NCBI GenBank assembly: GCA_013239625.1
Contig: MU054391.1
Coordinates: 5,291,824 to 5,351,823, forward strand
DNA length: 60,000 bases
Direction: 5' to 3'
Origin: Lama guanicoe
Taxonomy: Eukaryota
Shown here: positions 12,364 to 25,579 of the stretch, in pieces
Layout: each line of letters begins with the position of its first letter
How positions within the stretch are numbered: the first letter of the stretch is position 1
Position numbers and translations under genes: made by a program
Notes under the pieces: model-generated
Databases searched by the model: none
Told to the model about the DNA's origin: nothing
What the model saw: only the letters and a program-made list of their open reading frames with translations

Positions 12364-12522
12364 GCAGTGATTCTCAGACCTAATGCACGTTAGAATCACC
12401 TGGGGAAACTGGTGCCCAGGCCCCAACTCCGAGAATGATTCAACTGGTTTGCAGTGGACCAGGTGTGGGTATATTTAAGTATCCCGGGTGATTCTAATAT
12501 GGGTCCAGGGCTGAAAATCATG
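12364..12522. mobile_element. MER5-like hAT-Charlie MITE
   Basis: cagtgattctcag...ttagaatcacctgggga...ggtgattctaatatg...ctgaaaatcatgg. Confidence 0.75.
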
Positions 12523-13099
12523 GCTTTGAAATCAAGAATCTAATATTTCATTCTTGGATTCTGTTACAACTTCCCCTTGGACATCTCATATCTGGAAGGG
12601 GAAGGGAGGGAGGGGAGGCAGGGGTGGGAGAGGAGGGAAGATGAGAATGAGAAGCAGGGTTCAGATGGTTCATCCGTAATGAAAAGGAGCAGGCAGATTT
12701 CTCTCCGGCAGGCGCAGCAGCTGCCCGTGAAATCAGATTTCCACCCTAACAGTGGCATCATGGTGGGACCAGTGGCCAGAGACAGAGGTCAGCCATGTCC
12801 TGGGAGGACCAGCACTGCTTTGCAGTTGAAAGTGTGGTTCTGGCTGTGTTAATGTCTGATCCACTGGTCCTTCCTTCTGGAGATCCTGTAAGTTATCCAA
12901 CAGCCAACAAATGAAGTCCTATTCTGGTTGGGTCAGTCAGATTTGGATTCTGTTTGCTTGGAACTAAGAACCTGATGGGTGCCAGAGTCAGAGGAAATGT
13001 GGGAAGAACTTTAGTTGATCCATCACAGCACCAGCCATCCAGCATATAAAGAGCAGAGTAAACAAGCATTGCACCTTAAGCCATCTTCCAGCCTCAGCG

Positions 13100-13318
13100 G
13101 TGGTTTGTCATGTAAACCAGAGTCACTAGCGCCATCAGAACGGGCAGCCAGAGGAATGCCTGTCCCAGAATCTCCAGGAATGCTTGGTAGAAATTCAGAT
13201 TCCTGGGCCCTGTTCCAGACCAACCACATCACAGTCTTCAGGTTTGGAGGCTGGATTCCTGCCTTTCTAATGAACTCTCCAGGCCATGCTCGTGCATGGG
13301 AAGTTGGAGAACCACTAG
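13100..13318. mobile_element. MER5A-like hAT-Charlie MITE
   Basis: cttggtagaaattcagattcctgggccc...gttggagaaccacta. Confidence 0.65.
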
Positions 13319-13564
13319 ACTAAATGGTGAATTCGAACCCACAGGTGAGCCTAAAGGATTAGTCCTAGGTATAGAGCTCTGATGCTGAAAAGGGATTGAA
13401 GACCATCAAGGACAAAGCCTTCATTTCAGAGAAGAGAAAACTGAAGTCTAGAGAGAAGTGACTTGCCCAAGACCAACCAGTTTGTGGGGCTGGGAACGAA
13501 GAACAGAGGACTCTGGGAGACGCAGAGCATTGGACTTGGAGGAGCAACCTCGTGGTCATCTAGG

Positions 13565-13830
13565 GTTGTCAGTCAGGGCCCCACCAGGAAGACAAACCAC
13601 TATGATTATTGAAAACAGAGAATTTAATATACAGAATTGGTTCCATAGATGATGGAGGAGCTGAGATAGCAGACAGGGAGGCATCCGGAGATCAGCAACA
13701 GCAGGAAGCCACTCAATCCCTAGGTTCGAGGGGAAAGAGAGGAGGTGGAGTTAGCAGAGCTGGGGGTGCTGGGGTCACACAGCAGAAGTCGGGGCCATGA
13801 CAGGCCTGCCCGGCTTGGGGAGCGTGAGGA
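13565..13830. mobile_element. Old ERVL/MaLR-type LTR fragment
   Basis: gtcagggccccaccaggaagacaaaccact...gaatttaatatacagaattggtt...gcaacagcaggaagccact resembles ancient ERVL-class LTRs. The subfamily is uncertain. Confidence 0.45.
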
Positions 13831-16384
13831 CCTGCAGCAGCTGCTGGGGATGCTGCCCAAGCAGAGAGCGCGAGGGAGCAGTACCCCGGCTTCCACCTTC
13901 TTACCTCTGCCTGTCTCCTGCCACCACTCCCCACTGGCCACACTCAGAAGTCCAGCTGACACCTGAGCCCACGATCCCAGCCTGCAGGGATCAGACCCCT
14001 CTGTGATGGGAATAGAGAGGGAAAGAGCTGGGAAGAGTTCTGAAGGAAGGACCAGAACTAGAGAGACTGGTCATTCTCAGATTTCAGAGGGTGGAATTGA
14101 AGCCCAGTTGTATGTAGCAGAAATGGACCAGAACCCAGCTCTCTTGAGTCCCGGTCTTATACACTTGGCGTGAATCTTAGTTAAATAGAAAGTTTCTCTC
14201 TGCTTATGATTTGGGTTCAAGCAGCTATTTGTCCCATGGTCCATGGTCAGTTGCACCTGTGGCGTTTTAAGATGAGGGACAGAGGTGCGGGGGACAAGAG
14301 CAAAGCACCGGTGACTGGTGGCCCTCGCTGACGTCTACTCCATCTGAGGGAGCTCGCACCAGCCTCCCAGCCTATTGTATGGCATATCCAGCAGCTTTAG
14401 CCCTGAGAATGCCACATCCTGCTTGAGATAATGTGTGAATCTCAAGGCTTCATAAAACCAGGACTGGTCACCACACACTCTTCCTTGGTTTGCTTGTGGA
14501 GGAAGGCCTGTACTACTGATATTAGGAAAGCAGAAATCTAGCAAGTGAGGGCTGGAAGGCTGGAGTGAGTTCTTGAAGCCAGTGTCCTCATGTGCAGATA
14601 AAGGATTTGAGACTAGAGAGGTGATGAGTCTTGCCCGAAGCCACAGGATGAGTTGGTGGTAATTCCATCCATCGCACCATCTGTGTGGGAGCACCTCTCT
14701 CTCGGGTGACTCACTTCAAAGAAGTGGGAGAGTTGAAAATGCTGAGTGCTTCCTTGTGGCCTGTGGGCAGAGATGTGACCTCTCACAGCCCCACTGAGCC
14801 CAGAGGGCACTCAGGAAGTATGTGCTGATGAACAGTCTGAGCTGAGACCGGGAGTCAGGAGGCCCCATTCTCACCATGGCTCTGCTGCTCGCCAGACTTG
14901 GGACTCCGTGACCCTTAAGGTCCCTTCTGGCTCCAGGATTAATGAAATCTGTCAGTCACTTGCTTCTGTGCCTGTGTCGTTTTATCAACAATGTTTGTTT
15001 GCAGAACAAGATCCTTTCATCTCAGGATGGTGTATTCAGCTCTGCCCACTCGACCCTTCTGTCAATACTCATGGTGACAAGGCAGAGCCTTCCAGTCTGG
15101 GTCCCCAAACACATCCTTAGCTGGGAAGACAGTGGAAGCACTGCATTCTCCAGGCCATGCTGTCAGCTTTGACTTCAAATGTACAAGGACAGGTGACACT
15201 TAAAAATAGCTCCCTGTGAGTTGACCAACATTTGAAAAATCTAAAGAGATTGATCTGAGGACCCTCACAATGCTGGGTAAAATATGCTTTTGTATTTAAT
15301 CTAAGGCTAGTTACTTACCCGTGAGCCAGGCAGATGAATAGAAATCTGAATATTCTCTTTACAATAAGGCCTTTTTCTTAAGCTACTTTTTGTCTAGGAA
15401 TGTCAAGGTGCTTTTCATCCCAAGGCCATGATCTAACATCTGGATAGAAATCAGGGTTTGGGGATTAATTTTACCCCACAGATTGCTTTTTGGCTCCACA
15501 TCTCCATTATAAAGCTGAGAGTCAGCGCATAGATCATGAAAAAAAGCGATTAGTCAGTGCACAAAATATTATGAAAATAGAATAACTGCATATGTGTTAT
15601 TATTAGCATCTTGGTCAATAGTAGTAAAAACGTTAGTCATTCACACAGCCAAGTTCAACTGCACTGTGAAGGCTCTGCCAGAGCAGAAATCCCCACTCAG
15701 CAAACAAGCTGGCCCTGAAGTAGTTGTTGAAATTTTGTTTTTAATCTTCCCCTTACTGATGGTGTTACTCAGTGGTGGGTACGAAATGGTTCGAAGCAGA
15801 AGTGTGAAGAATGCATTTTCCTGATCTCTGATAGTGTTTGGCTGTGCTCTACAGAACAGACAGAACAGGACACACCATGGAAATGGGTTTGTATTGTTTC
15901 CAGGGGGACATTCTCTTCCTGCTGCTCTCAGAAGCCAGTTCCTTTCCCATAACTCACCAGGGTCTCCTCAGGCCTAGAAAAGTAGGTGGGACTACTGAGT
16001 GAGTGGCTGAGGAAACCTGTCTTTACAGGTGCAGCCGCGGTGCCCAAGGAGCAGCTGCGGAGGAGGCCAGTAAGGAGCCAGAGGAGCAGGAGAGCAGGAG
16101 CAGAGCGAACCCGAGCACAGAAGCGTGGCTGAGGAGCTATGGGGACGCCACGAGGGTGAGCCACGGGCAGCAGACCCAAGTCAAAGGAGCTGGCCTGCGT
16201 TCCTGGGAAAGCTCTCGGGCACTCTTTCTGGATCAGAAAGGCAGGTGCACACAACCTGGGCAGCCCTTCACAACTGGGGATCCAGTGAATTAAACCCTAA
16301 TGCCTTAAGGCATCATTGTATATAAGCACTGGATTATGTGTACATTGACTGTAATACATACATGTGGCATCTGTTGTATGTAGT

Positions 16385-16820
16385 ACATTCAGACACGCAA
16401 ACAGAGATGCTCATGGAGCAGGTTTACTGGAGAAAACTACCCTGAGGATCAGCACCTTATGAGGAAGTGAAGGAAGCAGGACTGGGCAGAGGGAAGAGCA
16501 CCACTGTGATGTAGGATGTAGTCACAGCCAAGCTTTCAGCCAATCCCACGACCCCACGGGGAGCCCTGGTACTGGGATGACCGTCCAGAGCCTTGAGGAA
16601 AGAAGACCAAGAGTGTGTACCATTCATTACCAATTCCTTAGCCAATCACTGGAGGTAAGCTGCCCCTGGGGAGGGCATACCCTTGGGTGAGAGAGTTTTC
16701 TTTGCCCCGTGGCTAAGGGCAATAACCGAAGGGTTCAGCTGAGAGTGGTCAGCCACCAGCACCACCAGCGGTGGGAGACTGAATGCCTCAGCCCTGAAGG
16801 GGCATCTGGTCAACTGGAGC
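16385..16820. mobile_element. ERVL-type solo LTR (LTR16-like)
   Basis: ggaagtgaaggaagcaggactgggcagaggga...tcagccaatcccacg...gggagccctgg. Confidence 0.6.
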
Positions 16821-17549
16821 TTCCTGAGATCCAGAGAGATTGGTGTTCAAAGCCTCCCCAAGACTTTAGTGGAGTCCAGGGGTGGGGTTATTTGTGTTCT
16901 TTTGGCTCCTTTGCCTCCTGGGATTCTGGGGTTTTTTGAGCCAGACAGGAAATTCAGCCTTACTTTTTTCAGTGACACAAAGCCCTCACTTATACAATCA
17001 TCTGGGGCCCCGTAGACTTTATTGAAGATTGCAGGGAGAGCTTGCAGGGAGCTCCTCCCATCTTAATTCCCTTGTTGCTCTTCCTTCTCAACTTTCTCCC
17101 CACCTTGCAGAAGCTAAGCAATACTCGGAGAGACTTCCACTCCCAGTCAAGATGGAATTGGATTTACCCTTCAACCTAAACAACTTAAAAATAAGACAGG
17201 ATAATAAAACAATGACACTCAAGACATTGGACATGAGGCAGTGAAGGACAGGGGTCCCCGAGAGACTTGAAACAAGTGAGGTGAGCCCCATAATTGCTCC
17301 AGCTTAGTCAGTAGAGAAATTTTCTTGGCTGTGGCAAGAAGAGGGGAAGCCAGGTAGAGCCCAGCCATCTCTGTGACTTGAGGACATAGAGGTGGAAGTC
17401 CAGGGAAGCCAAGGCAACTAGAGCCACAGGAAGAGTGCCAGGGAGGATAGAGCTGGAGAGAAAGATAGAGAGGCAGACAGACAGAGAAATCTGGAAATCT
17501 ATAGAGGGTCCCTCCAACCCCGAGTGTTCAGCAAATACTGATCAGCACA

Positions 17550-18425
17550 TGTGTATGGAAGAATACCCAAGGTGAAGCAAAAGGATAAGAGGGAACAACA
17601 CTGGACCTTACCCAGAGCCAGGAAGAGTGCCATCCCAACAGCCAGAGTGGAAAACGTCATAATTCAGGCATCCTCAGAAGCTTGCCTTAGCACCTGGAAA
17701 ACTAACCCTAGATTAGATGCAGCTCTGGTCCCACCTAATCAATCTCAAAAGCCAAACCTGAAAGGATTGAACTCTTTCTAAATTTCTTGACCATGTTCCA
17801 GAACAAAGCTGAAGAATATTTGCAAGAATACAAAAACATTCAGTGCCAACCAAGGTACAGTGATAATAGCCAGCTTTCTATTAAAAAGTCAAGCAGAGAA
17901 GCATGAAAATATAACCCAAAGTGAGAAGAAAAATTATTCATTTGAAACTAATCCAGAAATGACACACATGATAGAAGTATGGGAGACGAGAACATTTGAA
18001 AAGTTATAGAATATGAAAACGAATATATGTATGTTCCTATAGGACTGAAGTATTGTGCTGCGCACCAGAAGTTGACACAACATTGTAAATTGACTATACT
18101 TCAATAAAATATATATTAAAAGTTATGATGACTCTATTCTATATGTTCAAGAAGCTATATGAATATTAAATAGAAATGTGGGTGATACTAAAAAAAAAGA
18201 TTCAGAATTGAAATTCTACAGATGAAGGTCTCAAGTCAGTGACTTCAGCTTTCACCTTAAGGAAAGAGAAAAATATAAGCAAATGAAACCGAATGAAGAA
18301 GAAAGGAATCACTGGGAATAGAGCAGAAATCAAGTCAACGAGAGAGAGAGAAAGGAGATCGATAAAACCAAAAGCTAGTTCTTTGAGAACATCAATAAAA
18401 TTGGTAAACTTCTAACCAGACTGAC
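17550..18425 (+). mobile_element. Old L1M fragments (5'/ORF1 region joined to ORF2)
   Basis: gataaaaccaaaagctagttctttgagaacatcaataaaattggtaaacttctaaccagactg encodes the ORF2 motif KTKSWFFEKINKIDKLLARL in decayed form. Confidence 0.75.
18008..18117 (+). mobile_element. Short young L1 3' end nested in the old L1
   Basis: aatatgaaaacgaatatatgta...ttgactatacttcaata is the same family as the copy at 38183. It is flanked by AAAAGTTAT at 17999-18007 and 18118-18126. Confidence 0.85.
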
Positions 18426-18862
18426 ACCGACTTTAAAAAAAATAAAAACACACAATGTAAAAGCTGTGAGTCGAGTTTATTCCGTGTCTTACCGAGGACT
18501 GTAGCCCAGGAGACAGCCTCTTGGACAGCTCTGAGAAGCTGTTCTGAAGAAGCAGGTCAGTCTATGTGAGATTTTGGGGAAGGGGGTACGTGCAATCATG
18601 CACACATCTCCATAGAAGGTTGCTGCCAGTCACGAGGAGCAGATGTCTCTGGTGATGATGTTAGTGCTTCTCCAGGTATGAGAAGCTGCAAGAAATTGGG
18701 TTCATAAAATTGTCTCCTGAAAATACCTTTCTGAAGTCCTGTCCTGCCTGCTTTCCCCAGGGCACTGAGTGCCTCATCCCTAAGCCCCACCCTGGACTCC
18801 TTTCAAGGTGTGCTGGAGCTCAGGGGGACCACAGTGGCCGATGACCTAGTCCTGTTCAGTGG
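18426..18862. mobile_element. ERV1 solo LTR, MER41-like (artiodactyl type)
   Basis: cacacaatgtaaaagctgtgagtcgagtttattc...agcccaggagacagcctct...cagtcacgaggagcagatgtc...ccaccctggactcctttcaaggtg, recalled as similar to cetartiodactyl MER41 LTRs. Confidence 0.6.
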
Positions 18863-19104
18863 ATGAAAGCTACTCAAGAAATACTTAGTGATCGCTTTTG
18901 AGACATCAGTTTAAGCATTATTATCAATAATGAACATCAACTGAATACCCACCGAGCAGACTTTTGCAGGATCACTTTTTCCTGTAGCCAAAGGCAGAGA
19001 CATTAAGAAGGAGACGATACAGAGCCCACGATTCTTCCTAGGACATCTGCACAAAACAGCAGGTGCCATATTATGTAAGCTCGACTAGTTCAAATGGTCT
19101 AGAC

Positions 19105-19273
19105 GCAGGTTTCCCTACCTCGGCATTATTGACGTTATTTGTCATGGGGGCCGGTCCTGCACACCGGAGCATCTTTGGCCTCTCCCTCACTAGATACCAG
19201 TAGCACTGTCCCAGCATAACACCCAGAAATCTCTCCAGATGCTGCCAACGTGCCCCAGCTGTGAAGCACTGGT
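19105..19273. mobile_element. MER20 hAT-Charlie MITE
   Basis: cctcggcattattgac...cactagataccagtagcact...ctccagatgctgccaacgtgcccc...gaagcactg. Confidence 0.8.
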
Positions 19274-19714
19274 TTAGACCCCACAAGGCAGTCCCATTTA
19301 TTGATGATGTTCTAACTCAGTCTTCAAGGCTTTTTCCTCTAGCAGATCTATCTTCCTGTAACCAGAAACTGCATTGAAGAATCATGTCACATTAATGACC
19401 AAAGCTGCTATGACTATCTTTCAAAAATGGAAACCAAGTAAACACCTGCCACAGACAAATACAACCAGGAGTCATCTCAGAGCCCTGAAATGAGAGCTGA
19501 AGTGGGCAGACTTCAGAGTCTTAAACTTACAGACATTCCTAAGAGACATGTGACTCAGAACGGTGCTGCCTTAGTACACAGTCAAAGCAGGAAGCAATTT
19601 TACCGTCAGGCATTTCAGCTGATCTGCATTTGAATCTCAGCTCTGCCACCTACTAGCTGTGTGATCTTTCTTCTCTAAGCCTGTATCCTCGCTGTAAAAT
19701 GGGGGTAAAAAATA

Positions 19715-20130
19715 TATGACAGAGACATCTAATTGCTTACTCTATTATCCATTTCACGTTTCTCCTTATTAACAGAATCCTGAATTTGGTGGCCATAATG
19801 CCACCAGGAAGAAAAGACTACAGTTCCTCACCTTACAAAGATAGAGGAATGGACTTCCCTACTACCACTCCTTTCTTTTTCCAGTTGCTTGAAATGAAGA
19901 TGTGATACTGGAGTGCTAGCAGCCATCTTGGACCCAAGAGGAAACGTAGAGAATGGAAGCCGTGTTGAGGAAGCAAAAAGAGCCAAAATATAGGGGCCTG
20001 GCTCCCTGATGACACCAAAGAGTTTCCGACCTCTAGAATTCCTCTGTGTGAAAAAAAATTAAACTGTCTTAGTCAAACTCATCTTATTTTACATTTTTTG
20101 ATCATACACAGTTCAACTTAATCTTAGCTT
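19715..20130 (+). mobile_element. MLT1-type LTR inserted into a MIR (MIR halves at ~19600-19710 and ~20130-20190)
   Basis: gatgtgatactggagtgctagcagccatcttggacc...ggggcctggctccctgatgac. The flanks are the two halves of a MIR core. Confidence 0.65.
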
Positions 20131-23100
20131 GTGGTAAGTGAGGGTTACGGGACATATACATAAAGCCTCTAATGAGGTACCTGGTGCATTTACGATGGGG
20201 CCAGACCAGGGGCTGGTCAGTCCACCACCAGGGTGGGAAAAACTAGAGTCATAAAAAATATTTGACATACTCTTAAACACCTTTTAACTGAAAATGTTCA
20301 TTTATTCTCTCATATTTTGAGTGGTTGTACTTGAGCAGCATTCCACACGTAGTAATTCACCCTTATTCAGTCTTTTATCTAAAATAAAGTTGTTGTTTTT
20401 AGATGACTCTACACTCTCATATTTTATTGGTTTCATCACCTTTAATTAAACTATGTAATTAAAGTAGCAGGCGCTACTGGTATAAACAGGTTTGGGAACA
20501 AGCAGCTGCCTCTTGGTAAGCACGCAGCTCGGCGCTCAGGAGAAGGTCAGAAGTGGCAGAGCTGTGAGCGCTCTTGGGAGAAGCCTGCTGACCGTGAACT
20601 TTCAACCTGCGGTGGCCAGGGTCAGTATGGTTTTTAAAGTGAAAGCGTGTCAACGTGTCAATTAATCCCTCTGGTAAAGGAGTCCTACTTAACCATGAGG
20701 AAAAGAGGAAACTAGTATTACTTTACGCCTATTACATACCAAGCACTGTGCATATCTTTTCTTATCTCAAATTCACAGTCTGTAGGTTGTTACAACTTAT
20801 TACCTCCATTTCACAGAAAAGGAACTGAAGTCACGGATCTTAATTGAAGTATTTCGCCCCAGCAGCAGGGATTTCAATGCTCGTCTGTCTGGTTCTAAAA
20901 CTTCAGCTCTCTTCACAGAAGGAAAGAAAGAAGGTTCCCCCCGCAGAGGTGATTCAGCGTCTAATCAGTGAGAAAAGATTCTGGTGCTTCGTCCTATAAT
21001 TGCTGGCAGCCGCAGTTAACAGAGTGAACCGGAGAATCCAGAAAATCCCATATTTGGGTGTATGATCTTCCAAAAACAACCAATTCAGAGGCCCCCACAA
21101 CCGGGCAGGTGGCGTCATTCCTCATGGAGAACAGCCCTTTTTGTCTGGCGTGGTCTTGCTAGCTGGTCAGATTGATCAGTGCCTGGGCCTCACCGGTTGT
21201 AAAATATATTGAATAGCACAGCTGGCCACCCCGAACACCAAGCCCCAACAAGCAGCACCTCCCAGGTGGGCTCCAGAGAGACTGATAAAACTCAAAGAAG
21301 CTGAGTCCAAGGCTGAACTCAATTGCCCTTGGCAAGTATTTTTCAAAGACCCACAAGCACGAGCACCCAGGCCATTGGCTCCAGTCACCCAGCACAGAAT
21401 CAGCCTCTTGATCGCTGCCCTGGGGTCGTCCAGTGAGGCAGTGCCAGCCGTCCTGGCTTCGCAGTCAGGGACACAGACAGGTAAGCAGGAAGCAATCAGG
21501 CAGAGGTGAGCCCACGGGGCCGAGGGAGCACCAGATAAGGACACCGTCCCACCATCTGGGTGGAAGAATGAAGGTGCCTGGCTGAGCCTAGAGGGGGGAC
21601 GAGAGGAGGTCAGCTGGAGAGAGAGGGTGAAAACAATGGGGTTCTAAGTAGAGAGAGCAGCCAGACCCTGGTGCAGAGGAACTGGGTGTGAGAACAGTGT
21701 CTGGGGACGTGGACAGAGTGCAGTGCAGAGGGTGAGGAAGGGTGGGAGAAAGGGGGCTTAGGCTGCAGGCCTGCAGGATGCCCTCAGGAGGGTCCTACAG
21801 GGTGACCCCTCTCCTCCCCTCTGCAGGTTCATCCTCAGATTTCAGCTTAGAAGTCCCTTCTTCAAGGTCTTTCCTCCCCCTGGCTCCCCTGCTCCCTGGG
21901 GGCAGAAACTGGGGCTGTTTGTTCACTTTGCTGCTGCCTGGGGTGAGCACAGGGCCTGGAACGTACCGGGCTTAGTGTGTTGAGTGAGTGAGCGAGTGAG
22001 GGTGGGAGGTCGGAGGGTGGAGGGCATCGTGAGCCACGTGGACCTGTGTGTCCTCAGGCAGAGGGAGACCACTGAGGGGTTTTGAGAAGGAGAATGAGAG
22101 ACTCAAATGAATTTAGGGAGCTGGCTCATAACCGCATTGAGGACTAAATGGAACAGGGTGAGAGTGGGAACGAGGGGACCCAGGCGAGCTGTGGGGGCTG
22201 GTGGACAATTTGAATCACAAGGTGACATGGCCGAGCTCTTAGCCTGACCCAGACTCTGGGCTAGAGCTTTACCTGCATGACATTCTCTAACCCTCAGAGC
22301 AACCCCAGGAGGTGGGGGATCATTACTGCCCCCTGGAAAAACAGCTGATGAAACAGGCACAGAGGTGCTCAGTAACTTGCTGGATCACTCGATAAGGAGC
22401 TGTAAGCGCCTGAATCAGAAACAGCCACGCTCTACCTGCCCACATGTGCCTGAGTGTGGACAGGTGGGCACAGATGTGCAGGGAGCTGAGAAGGTATCTG
22501 TCCACAGACAGGTCGGGCCTGGGTGCCGGGGTCGGGGGCTGGGGACGGGTAAAAGCTCTAGGCGCTGGATGTTTGAATCTCAGGCTGGGGGGCTGGTGGG
22601 ACATCACTCCCAGTCCACCTCCTCTCACCCTACTTTCCTCTGGTGTCTCCGCCTCACATTGCTGACTTGAGGTTGTGCTCGAAATGCTGGAGAGTTGCCC
22701 TTAAGAAGAGAAATGGTGCTGGCCTGACGTTTGAGCTCCTTATGAAACACAGCCATGGAATCCAGGAACACACTCTGGGCCCTACAAGCAGAACCAGCAG
22801 AAAGATCTCGACTCCACTTCCCCAGCACGGAGCTGTCTACATCTGCATGTAAATGATCCCCACACGTCCCCAAATAATGTTTACATTTGGAATCCAGCTG
22901 TCGGGAGAGAACAGCTGCTGTCAGGTGCTTAAGGGCACCTCCAAGACATGTTCAGATCTCAGAAAAACCAAGTGAGCCTCACTGTTAAAACCGTTTCCCC
23001 GTGGAAGTTCCAGACTGAGGCTTCTTTGTTCCTACCGAATGACTCATGAATGCCCTTTAAAAGAGAACGAAACAGACGTGTTTTGGTGGGGAAAACACAA

Positions 23101-23364
23101 AGAATGCAGTGCATTTTTCCAAACAGCCGTCAGACCATCTAATTTGGGCCAATAAGGGTAACCCTGCTGAAAGTCTCAGGCTGACCTTCCCTGTGAGGGC
23201 CTGGGCTTGGGCCCACAGATGGGGGACGGACTGGCCAAGGCGGGAGGGGAAGGCCAGCTTTCCCAGGGTTATTCATGTTCCTGGGGTCCCATTTGAAAAG
23301 AAGCTTGCTGTTTTTCTGGGTGCAAATCATTATCAGTAGCAAGGTGAGGTTATAATCCTAAGAA

Positions 23365-23720
23365 GCTAAGAATGCACTTACATAGCACTTCCTGTGTGCT
23401 AAACATGGTCTACGTGCTATAGCTCCTTTGATTCTCATAGCCTTCCGGATGAAGAACAGAGATGGTAAGTCACTTGCCCAAGGTCACACAGCTAGTCAGT
23501 GGCACAGCTAGGGTATAAGCAGGTGGTCTGGCTCCAGCATCTGGGCTCAGTGCGGTGGAAAAAGCACTTCCCATGAAGTTTAGGAAAACTGGGTTTGAAT
23601 CCGGGCTCTACCATTTACAATCTGTGTGCCCTTGGGCAAGTCGCATCACCTCTCTGGGCCTTGGTTTCCTCTCTGCGATTTGAGGTGAAGGCCAGCACGC
23701 ATTGTGAGAGGATTAGCCTT
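23365..23720. mobile_element. Two adjacent MIRs in opposite orientation (- then +)
   Basis: taagtcacttgcccaaggtcacacagctagt (-) followed by tgtgtgcccttgggcaagtcgcatcacctctctgggcc (+). Confidence 0.8.
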
Positions 23721-23809
23721 GGAGTGGACCCTCAATTAACGTAAGTGAGGTCTGAGTCCGGAATGGGCACCGGACTGCTTCCAGGGGCCTCGCCTGACTT
23801 TCCAGGCCT

Positions 23810-23847
23810 CAGGAAGCCCTTCTGGCCCCAGGAAGCCCTTCTGGCCC
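23810..23847. repeat. Perfect 19-bp tandem duplication
   Basis: CAGGAAGCCCTTCTGGCCC twice. Confidence 0.95.
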
Positions 23848-23956
23848 TGTTGTGTGAGGTGGAGTAGCAGAAAAAAGCAGGTGAGGGTCCAGGAGGCCTT
23901 TAGAACATGATAGTTTATTGCTGCGTTGTGGTCTGGATCGATATTGATAATGCCCC

Positions 23957-24130
23957 TCACACACACACAGACACACACGGGCTCCTGACACACTCACAAC
24001 GTGTACATATACGCGGACTCCTAGTACACCCCCCACCCCACCCCACACACGCTGTCCCTCACACACTCACACAACAGCTACCAACCTTGGAATCCACCAA
24101 CCTTGAACTGCAGTGCCCCTCCACACACAC
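23957..24130. repeat. Interrupted (CA)n-rich low-complexity tract
   Basis: Several cacacaca runs. Confidence 0.8.
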
Positions 24131-25579
24131 AGAGAGGCCCCTGGGGCATTTGCAGTAAACGGCAGTCTTGGGGTGCTCAGACTGCCTTGGCTTTGTAACC
24201 CCAGGGTTGAGCTTTGGGACCTGGAAACACATACATTTCCAGCAAATAGAGCTGGTTTGCATCAACCCTGGATCACTTCCCTTTGCTGTCTCCAAATTGG
24301 GGAAACCCCAGGTCATTGATAAAGGCACAACCAACCGCTCCCCACCTGGCCCTGACTTCAGGCCTATATGCGTGTGAGTTATCCAGGGCCGTCAGCAGCC
24401 CTGGCGTTCCTCTTGACAGGAAGGAAATAATTTTCGCCTCTTACCTGAAACTGTGCAGAAGCTCCTGGCTAATCCCACCTGCTGTGTGGCCTCATGGAGC
24501 CCCTCCCTCCCCCCACCCCCCCAGGGAGAGGGTTCCTGGCCTGCAGTCCTGGACACCCACCAGGGGCTAAGTCACTGCAGCTGCTTTAAGTGGACCTGCC
24601 CTGGTCAGGCAGAGGCCTCCGGACTGCATGGAAAGCCGGACCCCAGGATTTGCTTTAAGCACCTACCAGTCACCCCCGACCCCTTCCCAACATCTCTGCT
24701 TCTTCAGCCTCCATGCCCACCCTCCAGGCCTTGCCTCAGGCGCCCTGGGAGGAAACAGCCCCCTGCGAGCTCGCCGACTCCATTGATCGCATTCTGATAC
24801 ATAGATTTTCTTGTATAAACCAATGGATTCTCTCTTTTTTATGTTGCAGTTCTTTTGAGTTGGGTTTTTCATCTCTCAAACATAAAAGGCCCTAATGCAG
24901 AAATATTTTATAAAGTGTGGAGAATGCCTGGCTAAGCAGTTTGAACCCTGACTTGTTGGGGGTGGGAGCCTCTGAAGATTTTTTTGAGTAGATGAGAGGC
25001 ATCCTTCTGTTTCTACAAGACCCACGTGAGCACCACCGTGGACCCGGTGCTGGAGCCACTGGTAAACACACAGCAGCCCCACCCTGAGGAACATGCCGTC
25101 AGTGCCACCCAGTAAATAATGCGTGTCAGACACTGTGGTAAGTGCTTGTTGACCTAAAGCACGTGTTCACAATGGGGGCAAAATGCTGCTGTTGGAAGGA
25201 CGGTTGGTTTGTCCGGTGGGCAGGTGTCTGGACGGACCAGACTCAGTGGGGGTGCCATCAGGAGCTGCTTCAAGTGCTCGGCTGTGAGGCGGGGGGTCCT
25301 GAGGATGGGAAAGCAGGGCCAGCCTTGAAACCAACCCTGCGGGAAGGAAGATTGAGGACGAGCTAAGTGACTGGATGTGGGAGCAGAGAAAAGAAGATGG
25401 GCTTTGGGAGAGCTGAACCGGTCGCGGTGACCAGCAGGGTGCTGGGAGGAGGAGTTGCTCTGAGGGGCTGGTGAGGAAGATGTGAGTTTAGTTTGACGTG
25501 TGGAGTTTGAACACTTGCTCAAGGGCAGTGAGAAATGTCACCGTGAGTCCTCAAGCTGTCGGCTGAGGAGTGGCGGTGT

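Noticed and set aside
16003..16293. Purine-rich, coding-looking 96-aa ORF
   Set aside because: GTG start, no homology recognised and no clear splice boundaries.
20220..20240. CTCF-like CCACCAGGGTGG
   Set aside because: Only a partial match to the consensus and not supportable without a PWM scan or ChIP data.
21390..21486. Strong donor CAG|GTAAGC at 21481 suggesting a lncRNA exon
   Set aside because: An isolated splice motif with no convincing acceptor or partner exons.
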